From: Enoplolaimus lenunculus
Lineage: Eukaryota
Direction: 5' to 3'
Length of the DNA stretch: 64,000 nucleotides
NCBI GenBank assembly: GCA_030248215.1
Contig: JASANG010001737.1
Coordinates: forward strand, 186,001-250,000
The position numbers were made by a program, and so were the translations under genes. Shown one piece after another: positions 1-14,024 of the stretch. Each line of letters begins with the position of its first letter. Within the stretch, counting starts at the first letter, position 1. The notes below the pieces were generated by a model, which made no database searches, was not told where the DNA came from, and was given only the letters and a program-made list of their open reading frames with translations.

Positions 1-1184
1 AAGGGGTTCACGGGGCCGCAGCCCTTGTACCGAAATTTAATTTTAGTCAAACTTAGCTTTTATAGCTTTTTATATATAATGGGGGAAGTAAGGCTGTTCC
101 TACGCACGGCCGGACCGGCCACCTCCTCATACCCTCCGTTTTAGGAGCACCCCACCGCTAAAGGAACCCCTACCATAATGGGTTGAACAAAACCGCCCAA
201 GTTTTAAAATGCGTCTGGCTTCTCGCTCGTTTCGCTCGGGAGTTTGGTGGTTCCCCACACCTGTTTGCTCCGGCAGTGTTCCTAAGCTTAAATAGAAACC
301 GGACAAGAACCAATTTATTTGTTTGAGATATTTTTTAGTTGCATACATATATACAAATCATTGTTCTGAAATTAAATTTGATCTGTTATTTATAGCGCGC
401 CGATAACGATCACCTAGAGATTTAGGCACTCCTAATTGTGGAAAAAAGCTTCAGACGGTTTTCCATGAATGATTTTTCTTCAAACGCTAATTTCGATCAA
501 CCCATGCAATTAATATTTCAAAGTGTCATGGCCTCCGTATAAGGATTTGCAAGCATTACAGACGCTGGGTGTAAAACAAGAGTACCGTAATACTTCAATA
601 CTGTAGTGACCCGAAGAAGAGGGGGCTGATATATATTTGGCCTCTCCAGAGGGTGCCCATCATTGTTATTCGGTTACGGACTGTTATCTATTTTTAACCA
701 ACGCTCCGCCGCCCTTCGTTACTGATATATATCCGGTACTGCAATTATCCGTTGAATTAAACGTTTATTTGTCTTGTGTCAAGAGCTTGAGCCATACTAC
801 AAAGTTATACTTAGGAATGTACTTTCAAAATTTAAGTACGCTTTAAAGTTTCGGACTCAAATTATTTGGTCCTGGAGTCATTTATGCGCTAAAATTAGGA
901 TTAATTGACATTTATGGACTCTAATAATCGTGAAATTTTAAGATAATTAATTTTGCCTATAGACTGGCCGTAGCTTCGTTGGCCCAGAAACAATTTTAGA
1001 ATTGCATAATAAATCGAAAATGAATATACACAATAACCAATTTATTGAATTCTTGCTTAAGGATTTCTCCAAATCAGTTGCGTCGTTTCGCTTGTTTTAT
1101 ACTTTACTGCAATGTTTTTCCTGTATAGACTTTTGCATTTCCGTATCAGCTATGATGATGATGATGATGATTACTACTCACGCA

Positions 1185-1344
1185 CAGTGGCGGATCCAGG
1201 ATCTCAAAATGGGGGGGGGGGGGGCAAAATTTACCAGGTAATAAACTTATTTTTGACCCACACACAAACCACGAACTATTGTCACAAAATTGCTAAGTAT
1301 ATTTGGGGGGGCACGGCCGGGGTGGCCCCATGGATCCGCCATTG
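1185..1344. mobile_element. Short hAT-type MITE (CAGTGGCGGATCCA ends)
   Basis: cagtggcggatcca...tggatccgccattg; related copy at ~30200-30307. Confidence 0.65.
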
Positions 1345-3369
1345 CCGCAGTATAATTATTATACATCTGGAAACCGAGCTCTTTCTTTTTATATATAAAA
1401 TTTGTTCCTTCTTTGAGTTGCGTTTGCGAGACCAGGCGAAACCGATTCGAAAGGTAACAGTTTGAATATAATGATTATACAATCCAAGCTGCAAAGTTTC
1501 CCCTCAACCATTTGGAAAAATTAGTACAGGGGGGGGCAAGAATATGAAGGTATGGAATATTTTTGCAACATAAAACTCTTTCCAGGGTGAATTATAATTT
1601 TTACGCTCCACAAAGAAAATAATTTACGCAGTACAAGAGAACATCTTAGCCGGGTATATACACTGTTACGGTTTGCCTGATACAGTTTACGCTTATGCTT
1701 AGGTTTAGGATTGTTGATAGTCGTGTGTTGCTTACCATTTGTTGGTGGTAGGTAAAACTGTTTTTATTAATTTACTAATATAGGTATTTCAAAAGTTTTA
1801 AATGTCATCGCGACTGGGTTTAGGTTTAGACTGAAGCTCACGCGTTATCTAAGGCTTTGGTTTGCTCATCAGATTGCCTATAGTCTAATGTTAGTTAAGC
1901 CACGCTTAGAGATTATCCTACTCTCAAAAACCTTAAACCTAAATTACAGCTTAAGTAAATCCTGAACATGAGTAAAAGTAAAACTTTAAGTGGCTGGACA
2001 AACTAACTAAAATACAATTTTGAGTTGCATTTAAAATTACATATTTTTAAGTTTAGGGCGAGTTTAAGCTAAACTTATATTGGCTTGAGATATAAGCGCT
2101 TCTCAGAAACTATGTAGATTTTAGCATTCATTAAGTTTGCATTGAACTAAAAATATGCCAGATTTCAATATAGTTTTAGCATAACCTAACAGTTTAGTTC
2201 AGTTAATCTAGAATGCTAGTTTAATACTGCTTGAGCTTAAGCTTAAATCGAGTTAGTTAATTCTTTTCGTACTCTGTAGAAACCGTTTTAATGTTAAATT
2301 TGAAAACTCGCTCTGAAATCAAATCATCCAAGTTATGCATTTTTTCTTTATTTTTTCATCTTTTCTATTTTTGACCGTTCTTGTTTTAAGAAACAATTTT
2401 AAAAAATTAAAATAAATAGAAAAACGACACAAAACCGCTTTCAAACATAACATAAAGGGCAAAAATATTGATTTTTGACATGTTCTATAAAATGACTTTA
2501 TTTGAAAACATAAACCCTGAACCACCTGAATTTAAAGCTATTGTATATATTTAGTAGAACCGTTTACAGATGACCGGCTTACTGAATATAGATTGATCTG
2601 TGTGACAGTATCCAAGGTTACCAGAGTAGTAAAAAACCTTGACGCGAACGGCATCCTACGCATTTACGGTGCCTACAAAAGTTTCAACGGTGGAATGACA
2701 ATTTTTCAGTTGAACAATACGTACCACCTGAGTCGTTAATTCTTGTCGATATTGCGTAGGTTTGTAAATCTGACTCTATTTATTATATATAATATATAAA
2801 TATATAATTTATAAAAAACATATTACATTATATACCGTAAAATGCAGCTATGGATTCTGTAACACTTACGAAAAATAGAGCTAAAAATATTGCGTAGCTT
2901 TAAGCCTTTCTTGACTTGGAGATTGAAGGCCAAAACCGGCCCTACTCAGCTTCCTGGTTCAGTTAATGCCGCCTCATTCTGTGAACAAAAATTAATAACA
3001 ATATCTTTACGAGATGCCAAAGTAACCAGTCGGTAGTGTTTTGCTTATTCATAAACGCCGAAATATTTTGTTATACTTCTTTTAGCGTCCTACCGTGAAT
3101 ATTGAGAACTTTACGAAAAAAATGAATTAAAATACCGCATTGATTGCAAACAGCAAACCAAATTAGCAATATATTTGAGACTAACTGTTGCAATTGTAAT
3201 TATGTCCATATCCAAGTTCCGGGTTGAAGCAAGGTTGAATATCTAAATACACCTTGAAAAATTCGACAACTATGGCGGAGGTGTAGAGTAACCCTTTTGA
3301 AATAGTTTTGGGCAGTAGCCTTCTGAAATTTTACATAATATACTCTTGTACCAACATAGAAACCTTGTA

Positions 3370-3659
3370 CTGTAGCGACCCGAAAGATGGAAGTAATAAG
3401 AGGGGGGTTTCCATTTTGGGTCCCAATCAATAGGAGTCCGTATCCCTAATAAGAGTCTGTAAGCGGATAAAGTCCCTAAACCCCAATTACAGTCCATAAA
3501 TGTCAATTATCCTTAATTGTAAGTACCGGATATATAAAAGTAACGAAGGGTGCCGAAGCGTGGGTTGAAATAAATAACAGTCCGTAACCAAATAACGGGG
3601 GGGTACTCTCTGGAAAGGCCAAATAAATATCAGTCCCCCTCTTATTCGGGTCACTACAG
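3370..3659. mobile_element. MITE family A (TIR CTGTAGTGACCCGAATAAG, TA flanks; Tc1/mariner-type)
   Basis: ta|ctgtagcgacccgaa...ttattcgggtcactacag. Other copies at ~601-930, 10242-10896, ~12500-12698, 18910-19293 and 22262-22695 share internal sequence (aataggagtcc, aaataaatatcagtc). Confidence 0.8.
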
Positions 3660-4201
3660 TTTTCGGCAATACCGAGGGTTCTTATACACTTCCGCCCGCA
3701 TTCTTAGTCGTAGGCTCAAGCAAGGCTAAACGACTAGCCTACGCCAAGCCTAAACGTTTGTTTACGCCTATACCTTAGCCTAACCCTTAAATCTCGAAGA
3801 GGAAGGGTATATAAGCGATACTGATCCGGACAAGCGTTTCGCTACTACAGACGAACATTTCTAAAACGAGAGGGTCAGCGTTGTTAGCGTGATCACTAAT
3901 AAGACTAACTGACAGATTTATCTTTGGCGACAATAGTTTTCCAAAGTCACAATTTTTTGCGTTATTTAACACAACACGACACACTCGGTTGGTACCAGTG
4001 TCGGACGTAACCAGGATTTCATTCTGTAAGGGTCCGACTTAAATATAGCGCATTTTGCGAGCGAACGTAGCGTAGCAAACGAGAAACAACTTTTGATATC
4101 ATAGCTAAGTAATTATAAAGCTTGCAAAAGTGATTTTAGTTTCATCGTTTGCTTGCAGGAATTTCAGGTTTACATATCCGCTATTTTGCGAACTTGTTTG
4201 T

Positions 4202-4227
4202 AAAAAAACAAAACAACAAAAACAACC

Positions 4228-4303
<76 letters not shown>

Positions 4304-4330
4304 AAAAAAAAAAAAAAAAACCAACACAAA
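4202..4330. other. Poly-A/low-complexity tract
   Basis: More than 100 nt of A with sparse C. Confidence 0.85.
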
Positions 4331-4628
4331 ACTGCAGATTTTGCACTTATTTTGTCACTTGTATTGATTAGTGTGCCGCTGCCCAAGACTTAAAAATTAC
4401 TTACGGTTCGGATATAAAAAGACACCCAGCACGAAAATGTGGCAGGCAGTGCCGGATAAACTTGTCACGTTGACAGATTTTGGCATTTTCTAACATTTTT
4501 TATGCAAATTAGTTCCGTTTGCGTGCACATTGGTATAATACTGAAATACAGAACGAAGTACGGAAAAAACATACATCCCCTCATGAAATTTGTGGATACC
4601 CAAGAAAATGGTTTTAACGTGCTTTTAC

Positions 4629-5031
4629 CAGGCTGTAAACGAATAGCAAGTACGGAAACGCAAACGGATAGTTATCAAAATAACAGAAGCGGAAAACGGA
4701 TATTGAAGTATAGAAGTGTCAAAGATGACTTATTTTTGCCAGCACATCTGAATCAATAGGTCTGGCGTGCAAATGTAACACTGGCTTAGCTAATATTTTG
4801 AAGAAAAAATAGCGCGAATGCATTGAAATTTTGAAGATTTTGAATGAATTTCGTAAATTGTATTTGATTTGGTACAATTCCAGCACATCTGTAATGAAAA
4901 GTTGCGAGATATACACCTCTAACTAATTTTGAGCGTAGAAATAACAGATTTTTCGCTATTTGTATATAACCGAAACGGAAACGGACACCGATTTTTACCG
5001 GAAACAAACATTAATATCCGGTTACACCCTG
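4629..5031. mobile_element. hAT-like MITE
   Basis: caggctgtaaacgaata / tatccggttacaccctg TIRs; 8-bp flanks gcttttac/gtgtttac. Confidence 0.65.
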
Positions 5032-6906
5032 GTGTTTACCAACTGGTCTCTGAAAGGAAAGTAAAAAATCTTTTCACATAAAGCTGTTCCCTCGCGAACT
5101 AATTAATTCCTTGGTCCATTGGTTTGAATGAGTTTAGTGACATTTAATGAGTATGGGCGTATGACAGCGCATGGGAAAATATCGATTTCCGTAAAGTTTG
5201 TAACGACAAAAAAGTCACTAAAGTTTGAAACGACAAAAAGTCACTTTTACAGGTTTTGGAATAAAACCTGCTGGATTACAAATCCCAAACCATTTGCTCG
5301 CTGCCGAATCTTTGAAACCAAAGTATACACTTCCGACATGAAATCGTGCATAGTAGCTTGACTAATAAATGCTGTTGGCTAAAGCTATATAAAACGTCTT
5401 TTAAGTTCAGGCCAGCAAACTCATGAAAATTAACCATTTCCTGTTGAGTCTTTATCGAACATGCGTTGAAATCAAACAAACAGCGACAGTTTGGCACGGG
5501 TGCTACCAGAGTTTCATTTCGGAAGATGATAACATGGTCTGTACAAGTTTTTGTGAGCGAACGTAGCGAACGCAGAAATTACTTGATCTCTATAGGTTAT
5601 TTTACAACCTGCCAAACTGTCTTTTACGCGTCTCCGAAATTGATTAGACTTAAACCTGCACACAAAATAAATTGTCTTATATTTAAGAAATATTGTCTGA
5701 AATTTATCTTAATACGGACCCCGGACATTTATGACTTGAATTCCAGACTTTGATTTCTTAAATTTTCAAGAAACACGGATCTGATTGTTTCATGAACGAT
5801 TAACACAAATATTTCTGACATATATGTCAACTATGTCTGAAATACGAGACAAAGACTTTCTAGGAAAACGACTTCAAAATTGGGGGCTACAGCTTATCCA
5901 AATACCACAAATTTTACAACCTTATACGTCCAAAATGTAAAGTTAGGTTTTAGAGGAGCCTGAGCTCAACCCGAAATAACCTTGAAATTTGGTTATTTAT
6001 ATACACTAAAACGAACATAACCGGAGCAACTTGTTTGCATACATTATAATCAGGAAATTATTTCTTGAAAGGAAGAAATTTGTGTTTTTAGAAAATGCAA
6101 TTTCTTGAATATAACATATTTATGGTTTACCCATTTCAGAAACAAATTTATGAGCTCTTTAAGGCTATTAATGTCTGAAATACTGTACATTTATGTCTTG
6201 AAATTTTAAGAATGTAAGAGTCTTGAAATTTTAAGACATTTTTTGCGTGTACCGCAGGGTAACTTAATCTCTTCTCATAGAGTTGACTACGAGCAATTCA
6301 GCGCAGTATGTGTTAAATTATAAATAGTGCACGTCTCAGCTGAAAATATTCATGTGACAAAAGGGTTAACTAAACATCGAAAACCGCTAAATCAAACCAA
6401 AAATTAATTTGAAAAAAATTGAAAATAATTGATTTCAAAGGAAATTTTTTTGAAAAATTTATCCAAACTAACATTCATTATTTTAGCGGTTTCGTATCGT
6501 ACGGCAGCAAAAAAATAAATCATGTCTGTATATCAGACAGCGGTTTAAACCGGTACAAACAGAGAGTGTTTAAGAACCATAGACACTACAGACAACGTGC
6601 GATAAAAGAAATTATTTCAAAACAGGTTTTCAACCTCAGCCTGTACTCTTCAAAATTGCCGTCCGTCTTTCCTCACGGGTTGTGATGTTAAATGAGTTGT
6701 AACCAGACCGTGAACACAGAAAAATATATAGTCATAATATTAGTTTAGTTATTATTGTTTTGAAAAATTTTAGTCTGCATGAAGAGTGTTCGAAAAATAC
6801 ACTAATTAATAGCAAAGACATTAAAGATGCTTATCTGACACTAAAGCACAAACTAAATATTACACTTTGAGTTTCGTTTTCTAAGCTAAAAATCGTGTAT
6901 ATGCGT

Positions 6907-7103
6907 TGCAAAAAAACGGTGAGCCAAATTGACTTTCTCCGAAATAGGCATTTCCGAACTACACAAACTGTCAAACTCGACTCCGCCAGAGTCAAATTCG
7001 ACTCACCCGAGTCGCTAAGTGAGTCGAATTTGACTCAGATTGCGTAGTCCGGAAAAGCCTATTTTGCAGAGAGAGTTAATTTAACTCATCATTTTTGCAG
7101 TGT
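6907..7103. mobile_element. Palindromic (foldback) MITE
   Basis: Arms tgcaaaaaa..gagccaaattgactttctcc..aataggc and gcctattt..gagagagttaatttaactc..tttttgca; a half copy at 11976-12076 is truncated where the 12083 element begins. Confidence 0.7.
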
Positions 7104-9058
7104 GTTTACGTTTTTCTGGTTTGGACAAAATTTGGTTTTTCGGCGTTTGAGGTGCTGTTTCTACAAGCACGTATTTTGAAATAAAACATTCACACGACAG
7201 CCTTAATATTTACATAGCTATCGATGCTGGTAGCGTGAAAGTAAACGCTAATATAGCAGCGGTTTGCTGTGACAGATACAAGAACCCGTTTTTCAATCAA
7301 ACGTCCATATTTGCTGGAAGGCACACTGCCTTCACCACGTCCCAGACGAATATATTCACTTTCATGTAATGATGTGCTGATACCAAAATTTTTTGCGCAT
7401 GCCGAGACCGATGCTAATGCTTATATTTAAATTTTGCCGATGCACAATCGATACTGAAGCTGATACTGATGGTGACACCATTGCAGATTCCACCCCCCTA
7501 TCAAGGTGAGCTGACTACGGGCCTGCAATATGATCAATGCCGATAACGATGCGGATTGGCACATTGCTAATTTCACCTAAAATCCTTTTTCAACCTTGCA
7601 TTAGCATAAAACGCGTTTTATCACCAACCTTAGCTCTGTAAAAAATCGTACGGGAAAGTCTACTGATGCAAGTTTTATATATAATCGACACGTAAAGCCA
7701 AATTAACATATAAATGAAATAGAAATAGATAAAATATCAATTTGAAGACACCAATAAAATACAAGTAGTCTAAGGACGTATACAGGGGCAGGGATAAATT
7801 GCACATGACACTGCTGAAATATCTCGAAAAACAACAAAAAGCGCTTTGAACAGACTTTAGAATTACCTTATGGCAACAGCGATCAAAAATTATGCTTGAG
7901 ATTATAGATTTCATAACTGAAATTCTGGTTACGCCTTTGGTCCGAGAAACCGGATTCATTTTATGCTAACGATTTGTAACGTTAATTATTTCATTTCAGA
8001 GTAATTGTCAACTTGAATGTGCCGACGTTGCGACTTATAAATTGTCAAATTATAATTTAAGCTCAGTTGTAAATATGCTTTGACTTAGGGCTATTTCTTA
8101 GCTTGGTTTTAATGCGTCAAACGAAAGCGAGCAACTTTAGTATGCTACCCGTAGGCGTTAATGAGATGCTGAACAAATGTTGCAATATTAATCAGTTTTT
8201 GTTCAAGTTGCCAAAATAATAATAATTGTAAGGTTAATGTATACAACATGAAAGCCGAAGCCGGTATAGGCCCGTAGCAAGCTTACCTTGCTAGATGGGG
8301 CGAAAAAAATTTCAGGAAAGGCATTCAAGGGTTTGCAATGAGTTACAAGCAAGTTGAAAACTTTTTAGCGGGGACAAATATTTTTCAGGGGGGTGAGCTC
8401 CGCCTGGCCGCCTCTTGGCTACGAGCAGGAGCCGTTAGCCAAAGATGTTTGATCATAAACTGCATTTTAACCGTACGGTTCAATGTTTTCCAGACGGGGT
8501 TGTATTTGCTCAAAAAACATCTGGTGGGTAATATCAGAATGTTGGTTCTGTTTCTGATAAACATTACATACATGTACTAGCAAATGCATTAAAGAGGCAT
8601 ACGCCTTAGCACCGTCAGAAAATTTGTTCTGATAAAATGGTAATGTCGCTACAGCACAAATATTTGCCTGGCAGATACGCCAAGCTTTGTATACATAGGC
8701 GTATCTAAGATAGCAGCGGAAGGGTTACGTTCTATAAAAATTATGAAGAGGTTACTTGTGATGCGAACTGATTACCGAAGTTTGTAAAACCTCTGGACAA
8801 TAATAACGAGAAGAGGCGGTTTGACCTATCACCACCCTACGTCCTTACTCGCACAAAAACGACTTTAGGCTGTTTAATCAAAAAACTTACATCCAGTAGC
8901 GCAATGCAGTTGATTAATAATTTAGACTCGGATTTTTGTGCCGTTAATTACTTGCGATGAAAAGGTTTCATATTTCCGGTACCAAGCCAAGAGTGTAGCC
9001 AGGATTTTAGTTCTGGAGGACATTAATTTCGGGTACAAGAACATTTTATAACCTTTTA

Positions 9059-9321
9059 CCCTTTCTCACATGAATATTTTCTATTTCCCCTGAGACCTAC
9101 TTTTATGCTAGGATTCGAATTCCAGTGACTGGAGTGGGAGGCGTATACCATCACCACTCAGCTATAGGAGCTTGACGCTCGAGCCCGAGGGGGCTCTCAC
9201 GTCTTGTGGTGATTTAGTACTAAGTATACGTGTTGCTATTGTTAAACACGGTGCGATATATATTATTTAACGTATATACACTGCGCTGAGTTGCTTACAG
9301 GCAACTCAATGTGAGAAGGGG
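9059..9321. mobile_element. piggyBac-like MITE (CCC..GGG ends, TTAA-like flanks)
   Basis: ttta|ccctttctcacat...atgtgagaagggg|ttaa; homologous copy at 10393-10660. Confidence 0.7.
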
Positions 9322-10137
9322 TTAATATCCAGCAAGAATATTATTCTAAAGTCGGTTCAAAATGTTTTTGTTGTCTGTCAAAAAAATTCAAAATAGAGTG
9401 TATCCAAACTGTGTCTCTCCTTATATACGTTGCTAACACAAGCATTAGGCAAATTGTACAAAGCAAATGCTGATACACTACCGTACAGTGTACATGAAGA
9501 CACTAAACGATTTGAACCCCTGAAAACACCAGTGTCAGAGATTAGAAAATTTTGGACTTAGTATACAGCTTTAAGTCAGGGCGTCATTCACGGATACAAT
9601 CAGCGAGAATCACAATATATATTGAGGATTTACGAAAATTGTTTTATTGAATTTTGCACACGCTGGTCAGGTACGGTTTGTTCAAACCTAATCATAATTC
9701 AATGTTGTAAAACCAATCCAACTCAGTATTCGAAAAATCATTCGGTCCTTGCCGGTCCCGTTCTGTAAAACCAAAAAAATCAGGTTGGTATATAAATGGG
9801 TTTATCCGCCCCCGGGCCCAAGTCAAGATCAGGGGCGAAGTGTTTTTGTGCGAGACTACCACAAAGCAAGCTTAAGCTTTAGACTAATTTTTCGCTTAGG
9901 CTAAGGCTAAGGTATAAACTCATTCTTACGCCTTGGCTTTGGCTTCGGCTTAGACTTAGATTTAGGAATATGCTTATACTAATGTTACGGCCCTGCTCTA
10001 TACGTTAGAGCTGGATAGAGTGGGAAATTCAAAGACGCTGTCCAGTTCATAACGGTTTGTCAGTATTTTTCATACGCGAATCCCGTAGCGCTAAACTTAC
10101 TATTCCCAGACATTGTAGAAAAAATTTTGGACCAAAG

Positions 10138-10221
10138 TCTGCGTGGCTGTGTAGCCACGATAGTTTAGAGCAGCGCTCCAAAAATCCGTAAGTCGTAGGT
10201 TCGAGCCACACTGCATCCACA
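10138..10221 (+). repeat. tRNA-derived SINE-like head or degenerate tRNA pseudogene
   Basis: gtggctgtgtagcc..tagtttagagcagc..gtcgtaggttcgagcc with a B-box-like GGTTCGAGCC; I could not fold a full cloverleaf. Confidence 0.4.
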
Positions 10222-10241
10222 TGACAGCAACATTTTCGTAC

Positions 10242-10896
10242 TGTAGTCACCCGAATAAGAGGGGTTCCCATTTTGAGTTCCAATCAATAGGAGTCCATAT
10301 TCCTAATAAGAGTCGTCAATTATTTCTAATTGTAGTTCACAAATGACTTCAGGACCAAATAAAGTTGAGTCCAACACTTTAAAGCATACTTACCCTTTCT
10401 CACATAAATATTTTTAATTTCATCAGAGATGTAATTTCAAGCTATGATTCGGCGCAGAGTCTTACTACTGAGCTATCTTTGCGATGACCACTGCGCTGCA
10501 GGAACTTGACGTTCTAGCCCACTTGGGCTCTCACGCCTTGTTGAGATTTTGCACTGCGCATATATGTTAGAATTGTTAAACACTGTCCCCACTGTTTCCA
10601 TTGCTCGTATATTATTTGTATTTAGTTGCGTTGCTCATGTATACTCGATGAGTGAAAGGGTTACGTTTTGAAAGTGCATTTCTGAAGTATAACCTTGCAT
10701 TATCGCTCAAGCGTTTGATACAAGAGAAATAAACGTTTAATTCAATGGATAGTTTCAATATCCGATATATCAGCAACGAAGGGCGGCGTAGTTCAGCTTG
10801 AAAATAAATAACACTCCATATCCGAATAACGGAGGTACCTTCTACAGAAACCCAATAAATATCAGTCACTCCCCTCCCTTATTCGGGTCACTACTG
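10242..10896. mobile_element. MITE family A copy with a nested piggyBac-like MITE
   Basis: Both family A TIRs are present; an extra ~270 bp is inserted at the internal TTAA. Confidence 0.8.
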
Positions 10897-12082
10897 TAAA
10901 GGACTCTAGTTGGCACTGATTAACTAAGAATTGCATACCAAATACAGCTAAATATCCAAATGGTTTCATATTGCAATTTTAAACCCAAATTTAAAAGCAA
11001 ACCAGCTAATGAAGAATGATAAACAGAAGCCAAGCTTAGTATGTCACAATGAGTTTAAATTTAAGCATCAGCATAAACCCGGAACTACCGATTTTGTAAT
11101 CCGGATATAGAAGAGTAGTGTTTTGTGAAAATTAGCTATAAAACAGGGAAGTTGATGACATTTCAAAACACGTCCCATTCCACTACAGAAACGAAATTTA
11201 AAAAAAAGATTCAAATTTTAAGGTGAATTGGAGTGACAAAAATTTATCGGTAAAAGAAGCCGGTTTAAAATTCCGCAGACGGAACAGAGCCGCAACAACG
11301 GGCAGAGTCCACTCAGGCATTTGGTTTAGCTACTAAAATCATTGCTTTCCTGGCCCGAAAACTTAGCAGCATCAAAAGAATTATTTTATGAAAATATTTT
11401 TTCACCCTTGTATCAAATCACAATGCCAAATAATGTCGACAGAACAGGTTGCGCCGCTAAGCGGAAGTTTTTAAATTTCTCAAAAGCATATGGCGAGATC
11501 TGTTGGTATTCAATGGACAGAATCCAATTTCAAACAAATTTCACAAGTGAAACATTCCGATAATCATCCGGTTCATTTTATAATAAAAACAACCCGTTTT
11601 GACCAGTGAAAAAACCTCGACCTGTACGTGGAAATTTGACACATACGCTGCAACAACTATGAGATAAATATGTAAATTTTAAGCATTCATGTGATATTTT
11701 ATCAATCAACCGCTTGTAATTAAATTTCGTTTTATTACATAGGGTACATACATGCCGTTGATTCTGAAACCCTTAGTTACCCATTATAAATTACCATATT
11801 CATGTTTTAAGGTACTAACCATAGGAATGGTCGCCGCAGTTAATACAAAATCAGATTCATTACTGTCAGATAAAGACACTGTCTTATTGAAACATCGTTA
11901 TCGGTTTGCCAGTTGTATATCTTTAAGAAGCAATATTTTGCAAATTGCAATTTAAATTCTTTAATACACAACTGTACACTGCAAAGAAAGGGGAGTCAAA
12001 TTGACTCTCTGGGAAATAGGCTTTTCCTGGCTACACAAACTGAGTCAAAATGCGACTCCGCCAGAGTCAAATTCGATTAGCA

Positions 12083-12486
12083 CAGGGGCTTCCAGTTTTC
12101 CACGGTGGAAAACTTATAACCAGGAGTGCAGCGCAGCCACTCCTGTATGACGGCCAAATTTAGGCCCAGGAATAATCTAAGCTTTTAAAATTTCCACTTT
12201 TCCAGTTTTCCAAACAAACTTTACACTACAGATTTTCCCTACCAACCAGGGAAAATCTGGACGTTTAAATTTTCCACTTTTACTGTTTTCTAAACAAAAT
12301 TTACACTACAGATTTTTCCTACCGAACCAGGGAATATCCAGGCTTATAATTTTCCACTTTTCCACATGCAAAACCTATTCCTGTGATTTTTCCTACCAAC
12401 CAGTGGAAAATCAGGCGGTCATACAGGAGTGGCTGCGCTGCACTCCTGGCCATAAGTTTTCCACCCTGAAAAACTGTAAGCCCCTG
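12083..12486. mobile_element. MITE with ~70-bp TIRs and internal ~70-bp tandem repeats
   Basis: caggggcttccagtttt...ccactcctgtatga vs tcatacaggagtgg...aaactgtaagcccctg. Confidence 0.8.
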
Positions 12487-13396
12487 TTCTATACATGGGC
12501 CAAAGTTTCGAACTCAACTTTATTTGGATCTGGAGTCGTTTATTCACAGCAATTAGGATAAAAAAGTTTTATGGACTCTAATTAGGGTTTAGTGACTATC
12601 CGTTTACGGACCCTTATCAGGAATACCGACTCCTATTGATTGAAACTTAAAATGGTGACCCCTCTTATAACCCCCTATGTTATTAGGGTCACTACAGTAC
12701 AGGCCACAGTATATATCAAGTTCCTAACCCTAAGCCTAAGCGTAAACCTAAACCGAACCATTAGCTAATGCTAACCATAAGCCTATGTTATCATAAAATT
12801 TATGAGGGGAGACTTTGTATGTACAGGGAGAAAGCAAACAATTGTCGAAAAAAACAATAAAGAATATAAACAAACAACAACAGCTAATAAGACATAGGTA
12901 ATGAAATATATGCAGTAAACCAATGTGTATATACTTATAAGATTACAAAATTTCTGGGTCATACGCCACAAATCACAAAAAAGCCGGAACAATCACAAGA
13001 ATATCACAATTCGCAACTCAAATGCACCCCACAACACCTCTAAAAACCGGAAATACCAAAAAATCAATAAACCATACATTTACAATTTCAGTCTAAAACG
13101 GTCCAAACCAAAAACAATGCCATAATGACCTAAAATTAAAACGACGAAGTCTAAATACCGTTCCAAATCGTCAGCCAGCTCGGCATTCTAGGGGGGGCTA
13201 AAAAATTTTAGGAGGGGAATGAAGATTTCACAGGACAAACAAGCGAGTTAGAAACTTAATAAAAGGACAAAATTTTTCAAAGGGAAGGGGCTGAGCCCCA
13301 AACTCAGGTATAAGTTTAAAGTTGCGATAAAATCTGGTCTAGGCTTAAACTTTATACTAGCGGTTATCGCCTTTAGACAAATAAATTCAAAAGAGC

Positions 13397-14024
13397 TCAT
13401 GAGAGGTTCACGTTATAACCGAAGTCGCTTGGGACATGTGTTGTCCCTATTAGACTATTGGGTAACATTTTGTTCGCTTGTAAACCCCATATCGTATTCA
13501 AAAAGTCGTATTTGTCTTTAATCACCATATGTGTAGGTCACGTTTTGTTCTTCAATATCACATGATATTCGCCGTATTGTCTGCAAATATATGATATATT
13601 TTCAAATGTCTGCATACTTCAGGAAACGTACCCAAATTGTCCTGTTGAATATGCCGGAAATGAATTTTCCAGCTCGTTTTTGGTACTTTAATTAAAGCCC
13701 ATCTGTGCGTCTGTCGTCCGACTTTTTATTCATTTTTAAGCGCGCGAAGATTGCTCTGTCCCGCTAAATATTATATGCCATTCGTTGTGATTTTAGAATA
13801 TCATATGATATTCGCATAAATGTCCCACAGTATCCTGTAACGTAACATATCGACTCTTGTACCCATTGAATAAATGAGAGCGGTGGTTTGGAAATTAGTG
13901 TCATAAGACACCCGACTTATGTCTGTCTACCCGATAGGATAGCCCGAATTTTAACGCTGACGTCAAATTAACAAGGAACAAACCGTTACTCTCTTTCCCC
14001 GGTTATAACGTGAATCCCGCATGA
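13397..14024. mobile_element. MITE-like element with ~25-bp imperfect TIRs
   Basis: tcatgagaggttcacgttataaccg / cggttataacgtgaatcccgcatga. Confidence 0.6.

Noticed and set aside
4105..4393. Poly-Lys/poly-Phe ORFs
   Set aside because: Translations of a poly-A tract.
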